Source: the human T2T-CHM13v2.0 reference genome, Homo sapiens
DNA: 64,000 bases
NCBI RefSeq assembly: GCF_009914755.1
Contig: NC_060925.1
Direction: 5' to 3' (one strand)
Part shown: positions 12,476-27,075 of the stretch, one piece after another
How the letters are laid out: each line of letters opens with the position of its first letter
How positions within the stretch are numbered: position 1 is the stretch's first letter
The notes under the pieces: model-generated
Databases searched by the model: none
Told to the model about the DNA's origin: nothing
The model's input: the letters and a program-made list of their open reading frames with translations, nothing else
Made by a program: the position numbers and the translations under genes

Positions 12476-15400
12476 TTTTTTTGTTTAATTATTTCATTGT
12501 ACTTTAAGTTCCAGGATACAAGTACAGAATGCGTAGGTTTGTTACTTAGGTCTACGTGTGCCATGGTGGTTTGCTGTACCTATCAACATGTCATCTAAGT
12601 TTTAAGCCCCCCATGCATTAGCTATTTATTCTAATGCTCTCATTCCTCTCACCCCCTCAATCCCCAAACGGCCCTGGTGTGTGATGTTCCCCTCCCTGTG
12701 TCCATGTGTTCTCATTGTTCAACTCCCACTTATGAGTGAGAACATGCAGTGTTTGGTTTTCTGTTCCTGTGTAAGTTTGCTGAGGATGGCGGCTTCCAAT
12801 TTCATCTATGTCCCTGCAAAGGACATGTTCTCATTCCTTTTTATGGCTGCACAGTATTCCATGGTGTGTATGTACCACATTTTCTTTATCCAGTCTATCA
12901 TTGATGGGCATTTAAGTTGGTTCCATGTCTTTGCTCTTGTGAATAGTGTGGCAATAAACATACATGTGCATGTGTCTTTATAGTAGAATGATTTATATTC
13001 CTTTGGGTATTTACCCAGTAATGGGATTGCTGGGTCAAATGGTATTTCTGGTTCTAGGTCCTTGAGGAATCATCACACTGTCTTCCACAATGGTTGAACT
13101 AATTTACATTCCCACCAACAGTGTGAAAGTGTTCTTAGTTCTCCACAGCCTCACAAGCATCTATTGTTTCCTGGATTTTTTTTCCTTTCTTTTCCTTTTT
13201 TTTTTTTTTTTTTTGAGACAGAGTCTCACTCTCTCACTAAGCTGGAGTGCAGTGGTGCATCTCGGCTCACTGCAACCTCCACCTCCTGGGTTCAAGCAAT
13301 TCTCCTGCCTCAGCCACCCGAGTAGCTGGGACTATAAGTGCGCCACCATGCCCAGCTAGTTTTTGTATTTTTAGTAGGGATGGGGTTTCCCCATGTTGGC
13401 CAGGATGGTCTTAATCTCTTGACCTCATGATCCCCCTGCCTCAGCCTCCCAAAGTGCTGGGATTACAGGCATGAGCCACCGTGCCTGGCCCATTTCCTGA
13501 CTTTTTAATAATTGCCATTCTGACTGGTGTGAGATGGTATTTCATTGCGGTTTTGATTTGCATTTTTCTAATCAGTGATGTTGAGCTTTTTTTCATATGT
13601 TTGTTGGCTACGTAAATGTCTTCTTTTGAAAGGTGTCTGTTCATATCCTTTGCCCACTTTTTGATGGGGTTTTTCTTGTAAATTTGTTTAAGTTCCTTGT
13701 AGATTCCGGATATTAGACCTTTGTCAGATGGGTAGATTGCAATAACTTTCTCCCATTCTGTAGGCTGCCTGTTCACTCTGATGATAGTTTCTTTTGCTGT
13801 GCAGAAGCTCTTTAATTAGATCTCATTTGTCAATTTAGGCTTTTGTTGCAATTGCCTTTGGCATTTTTGTCATGAAGTCTTTGCCCATGCCTATGTCCTG
13901 GGTGGTATTGCCTAGGTTTTCTTCTAGGGTTTTTATGATTTTGGGTTTTACATGTAAGTCTTTAATCCATCTTGAGTTAATTTACGTATAAGGTGTAAGG
14001 AAGGGGTCCAGTTTTGGTTTTCTGCATATGGCTCACCAGTTTTCCCAACACCATTTACTGAATAGGAGATCCTTTCCCCATTGCTTGTTTTTATCAGGTT
14101 TGTCGAAGATGAGGTAGTTGTATATGTGTAGGGTTATTTCTGAGGCCTCTGTTCTGTTCCATTGGTCCATATGTCTGTTTTGGTACCAGTACCATGCTAT
14201 TTTGGTTACTGTAGCCTTGTGGTATAGTTTGAAGTCAGCTAGCGTGATGCCTCCAGCTTTGTTCTTTTTGCTTACGATTGTCTTGTCTATGTGGGCTCTT
14301 TTTTGGTTCCATATGAAATTTAAAATAGTTTTTTCTAATTCTGTGAAGAATGTCAATGGTAGTTTGATGGAAATAGCATTGAATCTATAAATAACTTTGG
14401 GCAGTATGGTCATTTTCACACTATTGATTCTTCCTATCCATAAGCATGGAATGTTTTTCCATTTGTTTGTGTCCCCTCTTATTTCCTTGAGGAGTGGCTT
14501 GTAGTTCTCCTTGAAAAGGTCCTTCACATCCCTTGTTAGCTGTGTTCCTAGGTATTTTATTCTCTTTGTAGCAATTGTGTATTGGAGTTCATTCATGATT
14601 TGGCTCTCTGCTTGTCTGTTGTTGGTGCATAGCAATGCTTGTGATTTTTGCATGTTGATTTTGTATCCTGAGACTTTGCTGAACTTGCTTATCAGCTTAA
14701 GGAGTTTGTGGACTGAGACAATGGGGTTTTCTAAATATAGAATCATGTCAGCTGCAAACAGAGACAATTTGATTTCCTCTCTTCCCATTTGAATACCTTT
14801 ATTTCTTTATCTTTCCTGATTGCCCTAGCCAGAACTTCTAATACTATGTTGAATAGAAGTGGTGAGAGAGGGTATCCTCGTCTTGTGCCAGGTTCCAAAG
14901 GAAATGCTTCCAGCTTTTGCCATTCAGTATGATATTGGCTGTGGGTTTGTCATAAATAGTTCTTATTATTTTGAGATATGTTCCATCAATACCTACTTTA
15001 TTGAGAGTTTTTAACATGAAGGGATTTGAATTTTATTGAAGGCCTTTTCTGCATCTGTTGAGATAATCATGTGGTTTTGTCATTGGTTCTGTTTATCTGA
15101 TGGATTATGTTTATTGATTTGCATATGTTGAACCAGTCTTACATGCCAGGGATGAAGCCGACTTGATTGTGGTGGATAAGCTTTTTTGATGTGCTGCTGG
15201 ATTTGGTTTGCCAGCATTTTATTAAGGATTTTCACATTGATGTTCATCAGAGATATTGACCTGAAGTTTTCTTTTTGTTGTTGTTGTTGTTGTTGTGCCT
15301 CTGCCAGGTTTTGGTATCAGGATGATGCTGGCCTCATAAAATGAGTTAGGGAGGTGTCCCACCTTTTCAACTCTTTGGAGTAGTTTCAGAAGGAATGGTA

Positions 15401-18349
15401 CCAGCTTCTCTTTGTATCTCTGGTGGAATTCGGCTGTGAATCTATCTGGTCCTGGGCTTTTTTTGGTTGGCAGGCTATTAATTACTGCTTCAATTTCAGA
15501 ACTAATTTTTGGTCTATTCAGGGATTTTAATTCTTCCTAGTTTAGTCTTGGGAGAGTGTATGTGTCCAAGAATTTACCCTTTTCTTTTAGATTTTCTAGT
15601 TTATTTACATAGAGGTGTTTATTCTCTGATCGTAGTTTGTATTTCTGTGGGGTCAGTGGTGATATCCCCTTTATCATTTTTTATTGTATCCATTTGATTT
15701 CTCTCTCTTTTCTTCATTAGTCTAGCTAGTGGTCTATTTTGTTAATTTTTTCAAAAAAATCAGCTCCCGGATTCATTCATTTTTTGAAGGGTTTTTTGTG
15801 TCTCTGTCTCCTTCATTTCTGCTCTGATATTAGTTATTTCTTGTCTTCCGCTAGCTTTTGGATTTGTTTGCTCTTGCTTCTCTAGCTCTTTTAATTGTGA
15901 TGTTAGGGTGTTGATTTGAGATCTTTCTAGCTTTCTGATGTGGGCATTTAGTGCTATAAATTTACCTCTTAACACTGCTTTAGCTGTGTCCCAGAGATTC
16001 TGGTATGTTGTCTCTTTGTTCTCATTGGTTTCAAAGAACTTCTTGATTTCTGCCTCAATTTCATTATTTACCCAGGAGTTATTCAGGAGCAGATTGTTCA
16101 ATTTCCATGTAGTTCAATTTCCATGGTTTTGAGTGAGTTTCTCAACCCTGAGTTCTAATTTGATTGCACTGTGGTCTGAGAGACAGTTTGTTATGATTTC
16201 AGTTCTTTTGCATTTGCCAAGGAGTGTTTTACTTCCAATTCTGTGGTTGATTTTAGAATAAGTGCCATGTGGCACTGAGAAGAATGTATATTCTGTTGAT
16301 TTAGGGTGGAGAGTTCTGTAGATATCTATTAGTTCCACTTGATCCAGAGCTGAGTTCAGGTCCTGAATATGCTTGTTAATTTTCTGTCTTGTTGATCTAA
16401 TATTGACAGTGGGGTGTTAAAGTCTCCCACTATTATTGTGTGGGAGTCCAAGTCTCTTTGTAAGTCTCTAAGAATTTGCTTTATGAATCTGGGTGCTCCT
16501 GTCTTGGGTGCATATATATTTAGGATAGCTAGCTCTTCTTGTTGAATTGATCCCTTTACCATTATGTAATGCCCTTATTTGTCTTTTTTGATCTTTATTA
16601 AAGTCCGTTTTGTCAGAGACTAGTATTTCAACCCCTGCTTTTTTTTTGTTTGTTTTCCATTTGCTTGGTAATTTTTCCTCCACCCCTTTATTTTGAGCCT
16701 ATGTGAGATGAGCCCCCTAAATGTAGCACACCAGTGAGTCCTGACTCTTTATCCAATTTGCCAGTCTGTGTCTTTTAATTGGGGCATTTAGCCCATTTAC
16801 ATTTAAGGTTAATATTGTTATGTGTGAATTTGAGCCTGTCATCATGATGCTATCTGGTTATTTTGCGTACTATGCAAAATAGTTGATGCAGTTTCTTCAT
16901 AGTGCCATTAGTCTTTATATATTTGGAGTGTTTTTGCAGTGGCTGGTACCAGTTGTTCCTTTCCATATTTAGTGCTTCCTTCAGGAGCTCTTGCAAGGCA
17001 GGCCTGGTGGTGACAAAATCCCTCAGCATTTGCTTGTCTGGAAAGAATTTTATTTCTCCTTTTTTTATGAAGCTTAGTTTAGCTGGATATGAAGGTCTGG
17101 ACTGAAAATTCTTTTCTTTAAGAATGTTGAATATTGGCCCCCACTGTTTTCTGGCTTGAAGGGTTTCGGCGGAGAGGTCCACTGTTAGTCTGATGGGCTT
17201 CCTTTTGTAGGTGACCTGGCCTTTCTCTCTGGCTGCCCTTAACATTTTTTCCTTCATTTCAACCTTGGAGAATCTGATGATTATGTGTCTTGGGGTTGAT
17301 CTTCTCATGGAGTATCTTAGTGGTGTTCTCTGTATTTCCTGAATTTGAATGTTGGTCTGCCTTGCTAGGTCAGGGAAGTTCTCCTGGATAACATCCTGAT
17401 CCTGATGTGTGTTTTCCAACTTGGTTTCATTCTCCCTGCCTCTTTAGGTACTCCAATCAATCACAGCTTTGTTCTTTTTACATAGTCCCATATTTCTCAG
17501 AGGTTTTGTTTGTTCCTTTTCATTCTTTTTTTCTCTAATCTTCTCTGCATGCCTTATTTCAGCAAGATGGTCTTCAGACTCTGATATCCTTTCTTCCACT
17601 TCATAGATTCAGCTATTGATCCTTGTGCATGCTTCATGAAGCGTTCATGCTGTGTTTTTCAGCTCCATCAGGTCATGTATGTTCCTTTCTAAACTAGTTA
17701 TTCTAGTTAGCAGCTCCTGTAACCTTTTATGAAGATTCTTAGCTTCTTTAGATTCGGTTTGAACATGCTCCTTTAGCTCAGCAGAGTTTGTTATTACCCA
17801 CCTTCCAAAGCCTACTTCTGTCAATTCATCCATCTTGTCCTCCATCCAGTTCTGTGCCTTTGCTGGACAGGCATTGCGATCATGTATAGGGGAAGAGGCA
17901 CTCTAGCCTTTTGAGTTTTCAGTGTTTTTTCGTTTATTCTTTCTCATCTTCATGAGTTTGTCTAATATTGATCTTTGAGGCTGTTGACCCTTAGATGGGG
18001 TTTTTGTGGGGACTTTTTTGTTGTTGTTGATGCTGTTGTTGTTGCTTTCTGTTTTTCTTGCAATGATCAGGTCCTTCTTCTGCAGGGCTGCTGCAGTTTG
18101 CTGGGGATTTGCTTCAGGCCCTATTCATCTGGTTTGCTCCCACACCTGGAGATGTCACTCGAGGAGGCTGGAGAACAGCAAAGATAGGTGCCTGCTCCTT
18201 CCTCTGGGATCTCTGACCTTGAGGGGCACCGACCTGATGCCAGTAGGAACGCTCCTGTATAGGGTGTCTGATAACCCCTATTGGAGGGTATCACCCAGTT
18301 GGGTGGCACAGGGAGCAGGACCCATTTAACGAACCACTTTGTCCCTTGG
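12476..18349 (-). mobile_element. Near full-length L1PA (about PA7-PA10), ORF1/ORF2 disrupted, same orientation as SLC9C2
   Basis: ORF1 fragments (16850-17845) and ORF2 fragments (13441-16683); TSD tctttgg(c/t)tcatttc at 12461-12475 and 18350-18364. Confidence 0.95.
13176..13490 (-). mobile_element. AluS inserted within the L1
   Basis: Alu dimer interrupts the 3' part of L1 ORF2. Confidence 0.93.
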
Positions 18350-18475
18350 TCTTTGGTTCATTTCTATTTGAATTCCCCACACCTAGTGAAATGTCAGGAC
18401 ACTTAGGTGTTGAATAGATAACTTCTTACTTAGCAAATGAAACATAGAAGGAAGTTTAAAAACAAACAAGTATTC

Positions 18476-19322
18476 CTTTTTTAAGTTTTAAGTTCAGTGG
18501 TACATATGCAGGTTTGTTACATAGGTAAACTTGTGTCATGAGGGTTTGTTGTACAGATTATTTCATCACCCATGTATTAAGCCTAGTACCCGTAGTTATT
18601 TTTCCTGATTCTCTCCCTCCTTCCACCCTCCACCCTCCAATAGGCCCCAGTGTGTTTTATTCCCCTCTCTGTGTCTGTGTGTTCTCATCATTTAGCTCCC
18701 ACTTATATGTGAGAACATGTGATATTTGGCTTTCTGTTCCTGCATTAATTTACTAAAGATAATGGCCTCCAGCTCCATCCATAGTTCCTGCAAAAGACAT
18801 GATCTCACTCTTTTTTAGGGCTACATAGTATTCTATGGTATATATGTACCATGTTTTCTTTATCCACTCTATCATTGATGAGCATTTAGGTTGATTCCAC
18901 GTCTTTGCTGTTGTGAATAGTGCTGCAGTGAACATACATGTGCATGTGTCTTTATAATAGAATGATTTACATTCCTTTGGGTATATACCCAGTAATGGGA
19001 TTGCTGGGTCAATGGTACTTCTGTCTTTAGGTCTTTGAGGAAACGTCACACTGTCTTCCACAATGGTTGAATTAATTTATACTCCCACTAACAGTGTGTA
19101 ATTGTTCCTTTTTCTCCACAACCTCTCCAGCACCTGTTACTTTTTGACTTTTTAATAGCAGCCATTCTGACTGGTGTGAGATGGTATCTCATTGTGGTTT
19201 TGATTTGCATTTCTCTATTGATCAGTTATGTTGAGCTTTTTTTCATATGCTTATTGGCCACATGTATGTCTTCTTTTGAAAAGTATCTGTTCATATATTT
19301 TGCCCACTTTTTAATGGAGTTG
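18476..19322 (-). mobile_element. 5'-truncated older L1PA 3' end (about PA13-16)
   Basis: L1 3' UTR plus ORF2 C-terminus; degenerate TSD tttaaaaacaaa(c/t)aa(g/a)tattc. Confidence 0.88.
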
Positions 19323-19696
19323 TTTTAAAAACAAATAAATATTCTTTAAAAACACTGTTGTCGTAATGGTGACCATTTATTGAGCACCTATATGTGTCAG
19401 GCATTTTACGTAGATGTTTTCCTAATCCTCATAACATCAAAAGGTTGGTATTCTCTCTACTTCATAAACAAGGACACTGAGACTTAAGGAGGTTAAATAA
19501 CTACTCCCTTAGGCAGGATGCAGTGGAGCTTGGCAGAGCCTGGGATGTGAGACACTAAATCTGCCTTTTCAGCTATGTTACCTCCCAATAGCTGGTTGGG
19601 TGACTAAGATGTCAAAACCCCAAAAAAGAAAAGATGCTGGTATTTTTTATTTACTTGAAGAATAATTAATAACTCATGACAGAACCATTTTCCTAC

Positions 19697-19864
19697 CTGT
19701 AAACTAGTTTCACAGATGACGGTATATTCAATTTCACGCTTAAGCAGACAGCTTAGCTCTCCAATTATGTCCCCAGTAGTACAGAACTCTGTAAACATGT
19801 CTCTGGACCCTCTATCACACCTTTGATTACTCTCTATTCCAAAGGTAGGAGATAAACTATGCAA
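19697..19864 (-). CDS. SLC9C2: SLC9C2 exon (168 nt), CNBD-like: LHSLSPTFGIESNQRCDRGSRDMFTEFCTTGDIIGELSCLLKREIEYTVICETSLQ
   Basis: ttgcag|TTG acceptor; CAG|gtagga donor; GE motif of the phosphate-binding cassette. Confidence 0.93.
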
Positions 19865-20086
19865 CTGCAAAGGGAAAAAAAGTGTGCAAAGGGAAAGAAA
19901 AAATGAAAAACCCTTTGATCAAATCATAGGAGCTCCCACTATTTCTTACAACTTTCCAATGGAAGGGAAAGATCTCCTGTCAGGTGTGAAAGAAGAATTA
20001 GGCTTAAGAAAAAAAAATCATGATTTCTTTAACATTTCAACTCCCCAAGGCAAGGATTTTTTTCTAATCTTTAGTTTTACAGATGA

Positions 20087-20457
<371 letters not shown>

Positions 20458-21041
20458 TTATAGTATGCAACTAATGCAATCACTCATTGAGTCCATTAGA
20501 TATTCTTACCGCAATGGGCTAATGCATCAGGTGGAAATAACTTTTGATTGCATGGGCACATAAATCAGATATTATGAATTAATATGCCTCCAAACCAAGC
20601 CATGATGTTAATGAAAGCCTTGTCTCTTTTTAAAATGCTTTAGAAAAATTACCATGCAATATCAACAGGAAAAGGTTTTAGGATGAACATAGGATGGTTG
20701 AGTTACTTCAAGAAAATAACTGGTAGGCATAGCTGGAGAAAGAACCGCGGTATCAGATTTTAGGGGGAAGCTGAAAGAATTGGGATTAGAAAGATTACAG
20801 AATTTTTCAGAAAGTTTAGCTGTAAACATCAAAGAGGAAGGTTCTTGTTCAAGACACAGGAAACAGGAAGCAAAAGGTCATTCTCTCCCAGCAATTAGCA
20901 TTCAGACTTTTAAAGGCATTCATGCTTCCAGAAGAGTTTGAATTTTTTTTTAATGGCTGTAATTTTGAATGCAATTCAAAGGATCTTTGAGCAATGAAGA
21001 ATGCCTCTGCTTTTTGCAAACAAAGAAAAGATGATGGCATT

Positions 21042-21707
21042 TGAGGTAGGCAGCATTCTAAAGGAGGCCCCCCCAAGATTCCTGTCTGTTGTTCAACCAA
21101 ATACTAATCTAGGGACTGCAGTGAAGGGACTTTGTAGTGGAATTAAGGTTGCTAATTGGCTGACCTTAAAAAGATGATTTTTGGAGTTAAGGCTACTAAT
21201 CAGCTGACCTTAAAAAGAGCTACAAAGTCCCTTCACAGCTGTACCAGATTAGTATTTGATTAAACAACAGACGGGAATATTGCGGGGACTGTAATCACAT
21301 GAGCCCTCGCAAGTAGAAGGGAGTCCATCAGAGAGAGATGTGTGAAGGATTCCATATGCCTTTGCTTGCTCTGAGATGTGAGGACCTGCATGCAAGGACA
21401 AAAGAGAAGCTCTAGGAGCTCAAGGTGGGCTCCAGCTGACAGCCTTGAAGAAGCAAGGACTTCTGTTCAATAGCCGTAAAGAATAACTAGATCTGCCAAC
21501 AACCTCAAAGAGCCTGGAAACAGATTGTGCCCTTAGAGCTTCCAGAAGGTAACATAGCACTACTGACATCTAGATTTCAGCTTCTTGAGACCCAAGCAGT
21601 GAAATCAGCAGAACCCATTGGATTTCTGACCTACACAGCCATGAGATAATATATTTAAGCACTAAATTTGTGGTAATTTGTTATGGTATCAAAAAAGTAC
21701 TAATATA
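21042..21707 (+). mobile_element. MLT1E-type MaLR LTR with internal rearrangement
   Basis: ggtaggcagcattctaa...atactaatctagg...aaatttgtggtaatttgttatgg. Confidence 0.78.
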
Positions 21708-21877
21708 ACCTCTTCAGACCAGACATTATTGGACTATAGTTTAAGAAGGTTTAGCTAGTCCAGTCATGGCAGGAAAATCCCCAAAGAAACATGTTACAGC
21801 AAGTTGCAGCTTTTAAGTATCGGACTTGCCGTATTTCATAAATACTGGCAGCAGTGTGTTTGTCCTAGAATTCTAAT

Positions 21878-22022
21878 GGGAGTATAGTATAATGGCTAAG
21901 CACATGGATACTGGAGACAGACTACATGGGTTCAAAGTAATCTTTGGCCTCTGAGTATGTGTAGTTGGGGCCAAGTGAATTTTTTTTTTCTGTTCATCAG
22001 TTTTCTCATGTAAAAAATAGGG
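21878..22022 (+). mobile_element. MIR fragment
   Basis: tataatggctaagcac...gggttcaaa...cagttttctcatgtaaaa. Confidence 0.65.
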
Positions 22023-22027
22023 TTGTT

Positions 22028-22295
22028 GGCCTGGTTCGGTGGCTCACACCTGTAATCCCAGCACTTTGGGAGGCCAAGGCGGGCGGATCACTTGAAGTCA
22101 GGAGTTCAACACCAGCCTAGGGAAATCCCGTCTCTACTAAAAACACAAAAATTAGATGGGCGTGGTGGTGCGTGCCTGTAATCCTGTAATCCCAGCTACT
22201 TGGGAGGTTGAGGCAGGAGAATCACTTGAACCCGACGGACAGACCTTGCAGTGAGCTGAGATGGTGTCACTGCACTCCAGACTGAGTGACAGAGA
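22028..22295 (+). mobile_element. AluS lacking its A tail
   Basis: Alu dimer ending at gacagaga. Confidence 0.93.
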
Positions 22296-22522
22296 CTGTC
22301 GCCCAGGCTGGAGTGCAGTGGCAGGATCTCGGATTCTCATGTCTCAGCCTCCTGAGTAGCTGGGATTATAGACATATGCCACCATGCCCGGCTAATTTGT
22401 GTATTTTTAGTAGAGACAGGGTTTTGCCATGTTGGCCAGGCTGGTCTCAAACTCCTGCCTCGTGATCCACCCACCTAGCCCTCAAAGTGGTGGGATTACA
22501 GCTGTGAGCCATCATGCCCAGC
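22296..22522 (-). mobile_element. AluS lacking its tail, with an internal deletion of about 30-35 bp
   Basis: Begins ctgtcgcccagg directly after the + Alu. Confidence 0.93.
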
Positions 22523-23459
22523 TTATATTGCCTTTCTCGACTACCTTTTAAAAAATCACAACTAATCTCTTCATACCTCCATCATCTGTAACATACTGTA
22601 AACTTATTTGTTTTGTTCATTGTCCCATCTCCTTTTATCCCTCTACTAGAAATTAGGCTCCAAGAAGGCAGGAATTTGTGTCTGTTTTGTCAATCTCATG
22701 CCTAGAATTAACAGTGCCTGCCACATGGTGGTAATGAAGCAAACATTTTGTTGAATAAATGAGTGAATGAATGAATGAAAAGTGCTTAGAATAGTGCCAG
22801 ATAGTAAATAAGTGTTATATTGTGTTAGTATTCTATTTATTATGGTAGTTTATTTCCATGATATTTTAAGGTCTAATATACCCGTTTCAAAACCAGAAAG
22901 CCAATGGTATTATTTTTGCCATATTAAGGATTTGTCATTTTATGACCATCATCCAGGATCTAGGAATTATTTGGTTCACAAAATGGGGCTCACGCATGAA
23001 ACCAGCTACTAAACTACTGTTATGCAGATACAAAGGATTCTTGTCCCCATCACTCTACTGAAATCTCTCTCCCTCTCTCTCTCTCTGTCTCTCTCTCTGG
23101 TCAACAAAAGCCTCCCATGAGACAGATTAAAAGCTGTATTTTTGATCCTCATTCTATTTCCTTTAGGTGAGTAATTTAAGCCACGCCAAGTATTGATTTC
23201 CTTCTCTGAACATTCTGAAAAATCCTGCTTCCTCCCAGGATTGCTGGAAATAAGTAAAGACTATGACAGCATTTTGTAGAATGGGAAGCACATTTCAGGT
23301 GTTGAATATTCACCTCTCAGCTGTCATGCTCAGAGTAGAAATGGTTTCATCACATTAAAAATTTAAACTTTTTCAGTATCTAAATTTATTCTTATTCTAC
23401 AATTACATGTTTCAAAATACATTTTAAGTAAAAAAAAAAAAAAATCAATAGTCCCTTAC

Positions 23460-23558
23460 AATTGCCATTCCTGAAATAATTAAGTAGATTCCTTGTGGCA
23501 TTTCACCTCCTTTACAAATGGTATCTCCAGAGTCAAAACAGGCAAGTTTGGCTCTTTC
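23460..23558 (-). CDS. SLC9C2: SLC9C2 exon (99 nt), CNBD-like: ERAKLACFDSGDTICKGGEMPQGIYLIISGMAI
   Basis: ctcag|GAA acceptor; ATT|gtaagg donor; CNBD G-D-x-I and Y-x-I-x-x-G motifs. Confidence 0.93.
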
Positions 23559-23635
23559 CTGAGTGGGAAAAAAAAAAACGAAAAGAAAAAGAGAGTCAAC
23601 ACAAAAGCTTCCTAGTCTACTTTTCTAAATATTTT

Positions 23636-23690
23636 CTATATATATATATATGATTTTATTATATATGTGTGTGTGTGTATATATATATAT
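23636..23690. repeat. Compound (TA)n/(TG)n microsatellite
   Basis: Seen directly. Confidence 0.85.
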
Positions 23691-24067
23691 GATTTTAAAG
23701 CTAAAATAGTTTCCAAGTAGCATAAAAACACTAATTATATTCTTGGTTTATTACTGAACTGTAACGTGCTAATATACCACATCAACTTTTAGAAATAAAG
23801 GAACAGGCAAACAAACTTTGACTTTGTGATTAGTACCTAGCATAGTAACTGATATAACTATGGAATAAATATGCACATTTATGAATGAAAACTTTTTTTC
23901 AGCCCGTTTGAGGCTTGGGTTATAATGGTAAGCTAAACAATTCCCCTGCCTTCAGAAAAAAGTTTTAGTTATGTTGGGTAGATATTTACAATCCAATGGG
24001 ATAATTATGACAAAGAAGACAGGGACAGGGCGCTATGCAAAAAAAAAAAAAAAAAAAATGCAGAAAA

Positions 24068-24427
<360 letters not shown>

Positions 24428-24879
24428 TTACAGCAGACAAGACAGCTAAGCTGAGACTTGAAAGAGGAGTAGCAGATAGCTCGGATAACATGAGTTGAAG
24501 ACCTCCAGGGCAGAAGATTCATATATGCAAAATCCAGAAGCAAACTGAACGTCTGCAGTTAGGGTAATAGCAAAGATTGTATATGTCTCAGGCAGGGAGG
24601 GATGGAGACCAGGATGGAGCCATCCACTAGGCATCAGCAGGCGCAGTGCCTGCATCTACAATACTTTTAGACACTTAAAACAATGTTTTAATGTTTTTTA
24701 GAATCTGGAGGAAAATTAGTTTTAGATAGAGAAAAATGTTTTAATAGATAATACTAATATATTCATTGTGATACTAACACAGTCATAAAGTCTAATTTTT
24801 AATACTTTTTTATGGAGGAAGAGGCCCACTAAGGCAGAAGTGCCCAGGGCACCTGAGAGTCATGATGTTCTTCGGGCCC

Positions 24880-25655
<776 letters not shown>

Positions 25656-26116
25656 GAGTTCAAAGTCCTGTGGCAACCGTCAGCTGACAGAGCATGAACT
25701 TGAATACACCTCAGTTCTCACTGTTCCCTATTACACTATGCCCAATTGGCTTTACTTTTACACTATCTGCCCGGTCTGTGCAGTAACTTAAATTTGAGAC
25801 CCTTGCTCTAAAAAATGTCTCTCCCAGAGTGTACATCAAGAAGTCCAGAACTCTACAACATAAAATAGAATGGGATTGGTAATAGTCAGACACATATAGC
25901 TACTCATAAGCGGATAAGCCATTGTGAAAAACTATCTTTGCCCTTTAGGCTCAAAAAGAGATCTAGTCTTCCTCTAGGCTTTCCTGGGCCTCCATTTTGG
26001 CTTTCCCTGAATTGGCCAGTATGTGATATGCTTTTCTGTTAATCTTTCATTAGGGAGTGGAAAAAAATGGATAATTACCATCAAACCTGAGCCAGAATAG
26101 AAAACGGAATCTTTAC

Positions 26117-26242
26117 CTTGAAGAAGTCAATGAGAACATCTTTACCTTCCAGCCAAATGATGTTGTGAAGGTATATGTCAGGAGTTGGGGGTGGGATTGC
26201 CTTTGGAAAGTTATTTAGTGCTTTTAATTTTTTAAGAAGTAC
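26117..26242 (-). CDS. SLC9C2: SLC9C2 exon (126 nt): VLLKKLKALNNFPKAIPPPTPDIYLHNIIWLEGKDVLIDFFK
   Basis: tttttag|GTA acceptor; AAG|gtaaag donor. Confidence 0.92.
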
Positions 26243-26926
26243 CTAAAAACAAATAATCAAAATAATGGGGATCAGATCCTGTAACAGAAAATGGACACTA
26301 GGGAAAAACTAAGGAAATCTGAATAAACTACTGTTAGGCAAGTTTAACCTTGATTGTTGACTCACAGCTTGTCTCATCCTATCTAAATTCCTCTAACCAT
26401 TTTTGTCCCTAGTCTCCCCTTATTACTATTTTCACTGACTTATTAACTCAGATTGAACCTATCATCTTCATAATTCAATTGACACAGTGGATGGAGAAGC
26501 AGAAAAATCTAGTGAGTCTATAGGGAAAGCCAAAGGAAGATGCCATAGAGGGCAACCCTGATAGGAAATGGAGAATCTAGAAAGCTTTCTACATCGCTGT
26601 TCAAATCCCTTCCTTAGGCCTTGTCACATATCCTGGCTATTGTGGGTTCTATAAAGTACTCTGCGTCCTTTTGATAAATCCCCCAACCATTTCTTTACTA
26701 AACTTAGTTCAAGTTGGTTTCTGTTACTTGCAATCAAGTAGTTTTGACAAATGGAGTGTACCGGATTGCATCGGCATTCGTTGTCCTTTGCATTATCAAA
26801 GGCTGAAGGTGATTATAGAGTTAACACCTGTGGTTAAACAATTTTTTCAATCTCCCTCCTTATTACACACTGCTAAAGTAACCATGAAGGCTGGGGTGTT
26901 ATGCGGACAGAATCAAGCAAAATTAC

Positions 26927-27075
26927 CTTATTTATCTCAATGACTTCATGCTTATCAATAATGCCTCTTGAACAAAGGAAGGTGAGATTTTTTAGAGCTT
27001 TAGCAATCACATTCCGGATTGCCTGTTTAGTCTTCAAAGCAATGACAACATCACGACCCTCATGCTCCATGAGTA
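26927..27075 (-). CDS. SLC9C2: SLC9C2 exon (149 nt): (V)LMEHEGRDVVIALKTKQAIRNVIAKALKNLTFLCSRGIIDKHEVIEINK
   Basis: ctgtag|TA acceptor; AAG|gtaatt donor; phase 1 to 0. Confidence 0.93.

Noticed and set aside
13441-17845. ORFs of 110-250 aa on the minus strand
   Set aside because: Disrupted L1 ORF1/ORF2 with an Alu insertion
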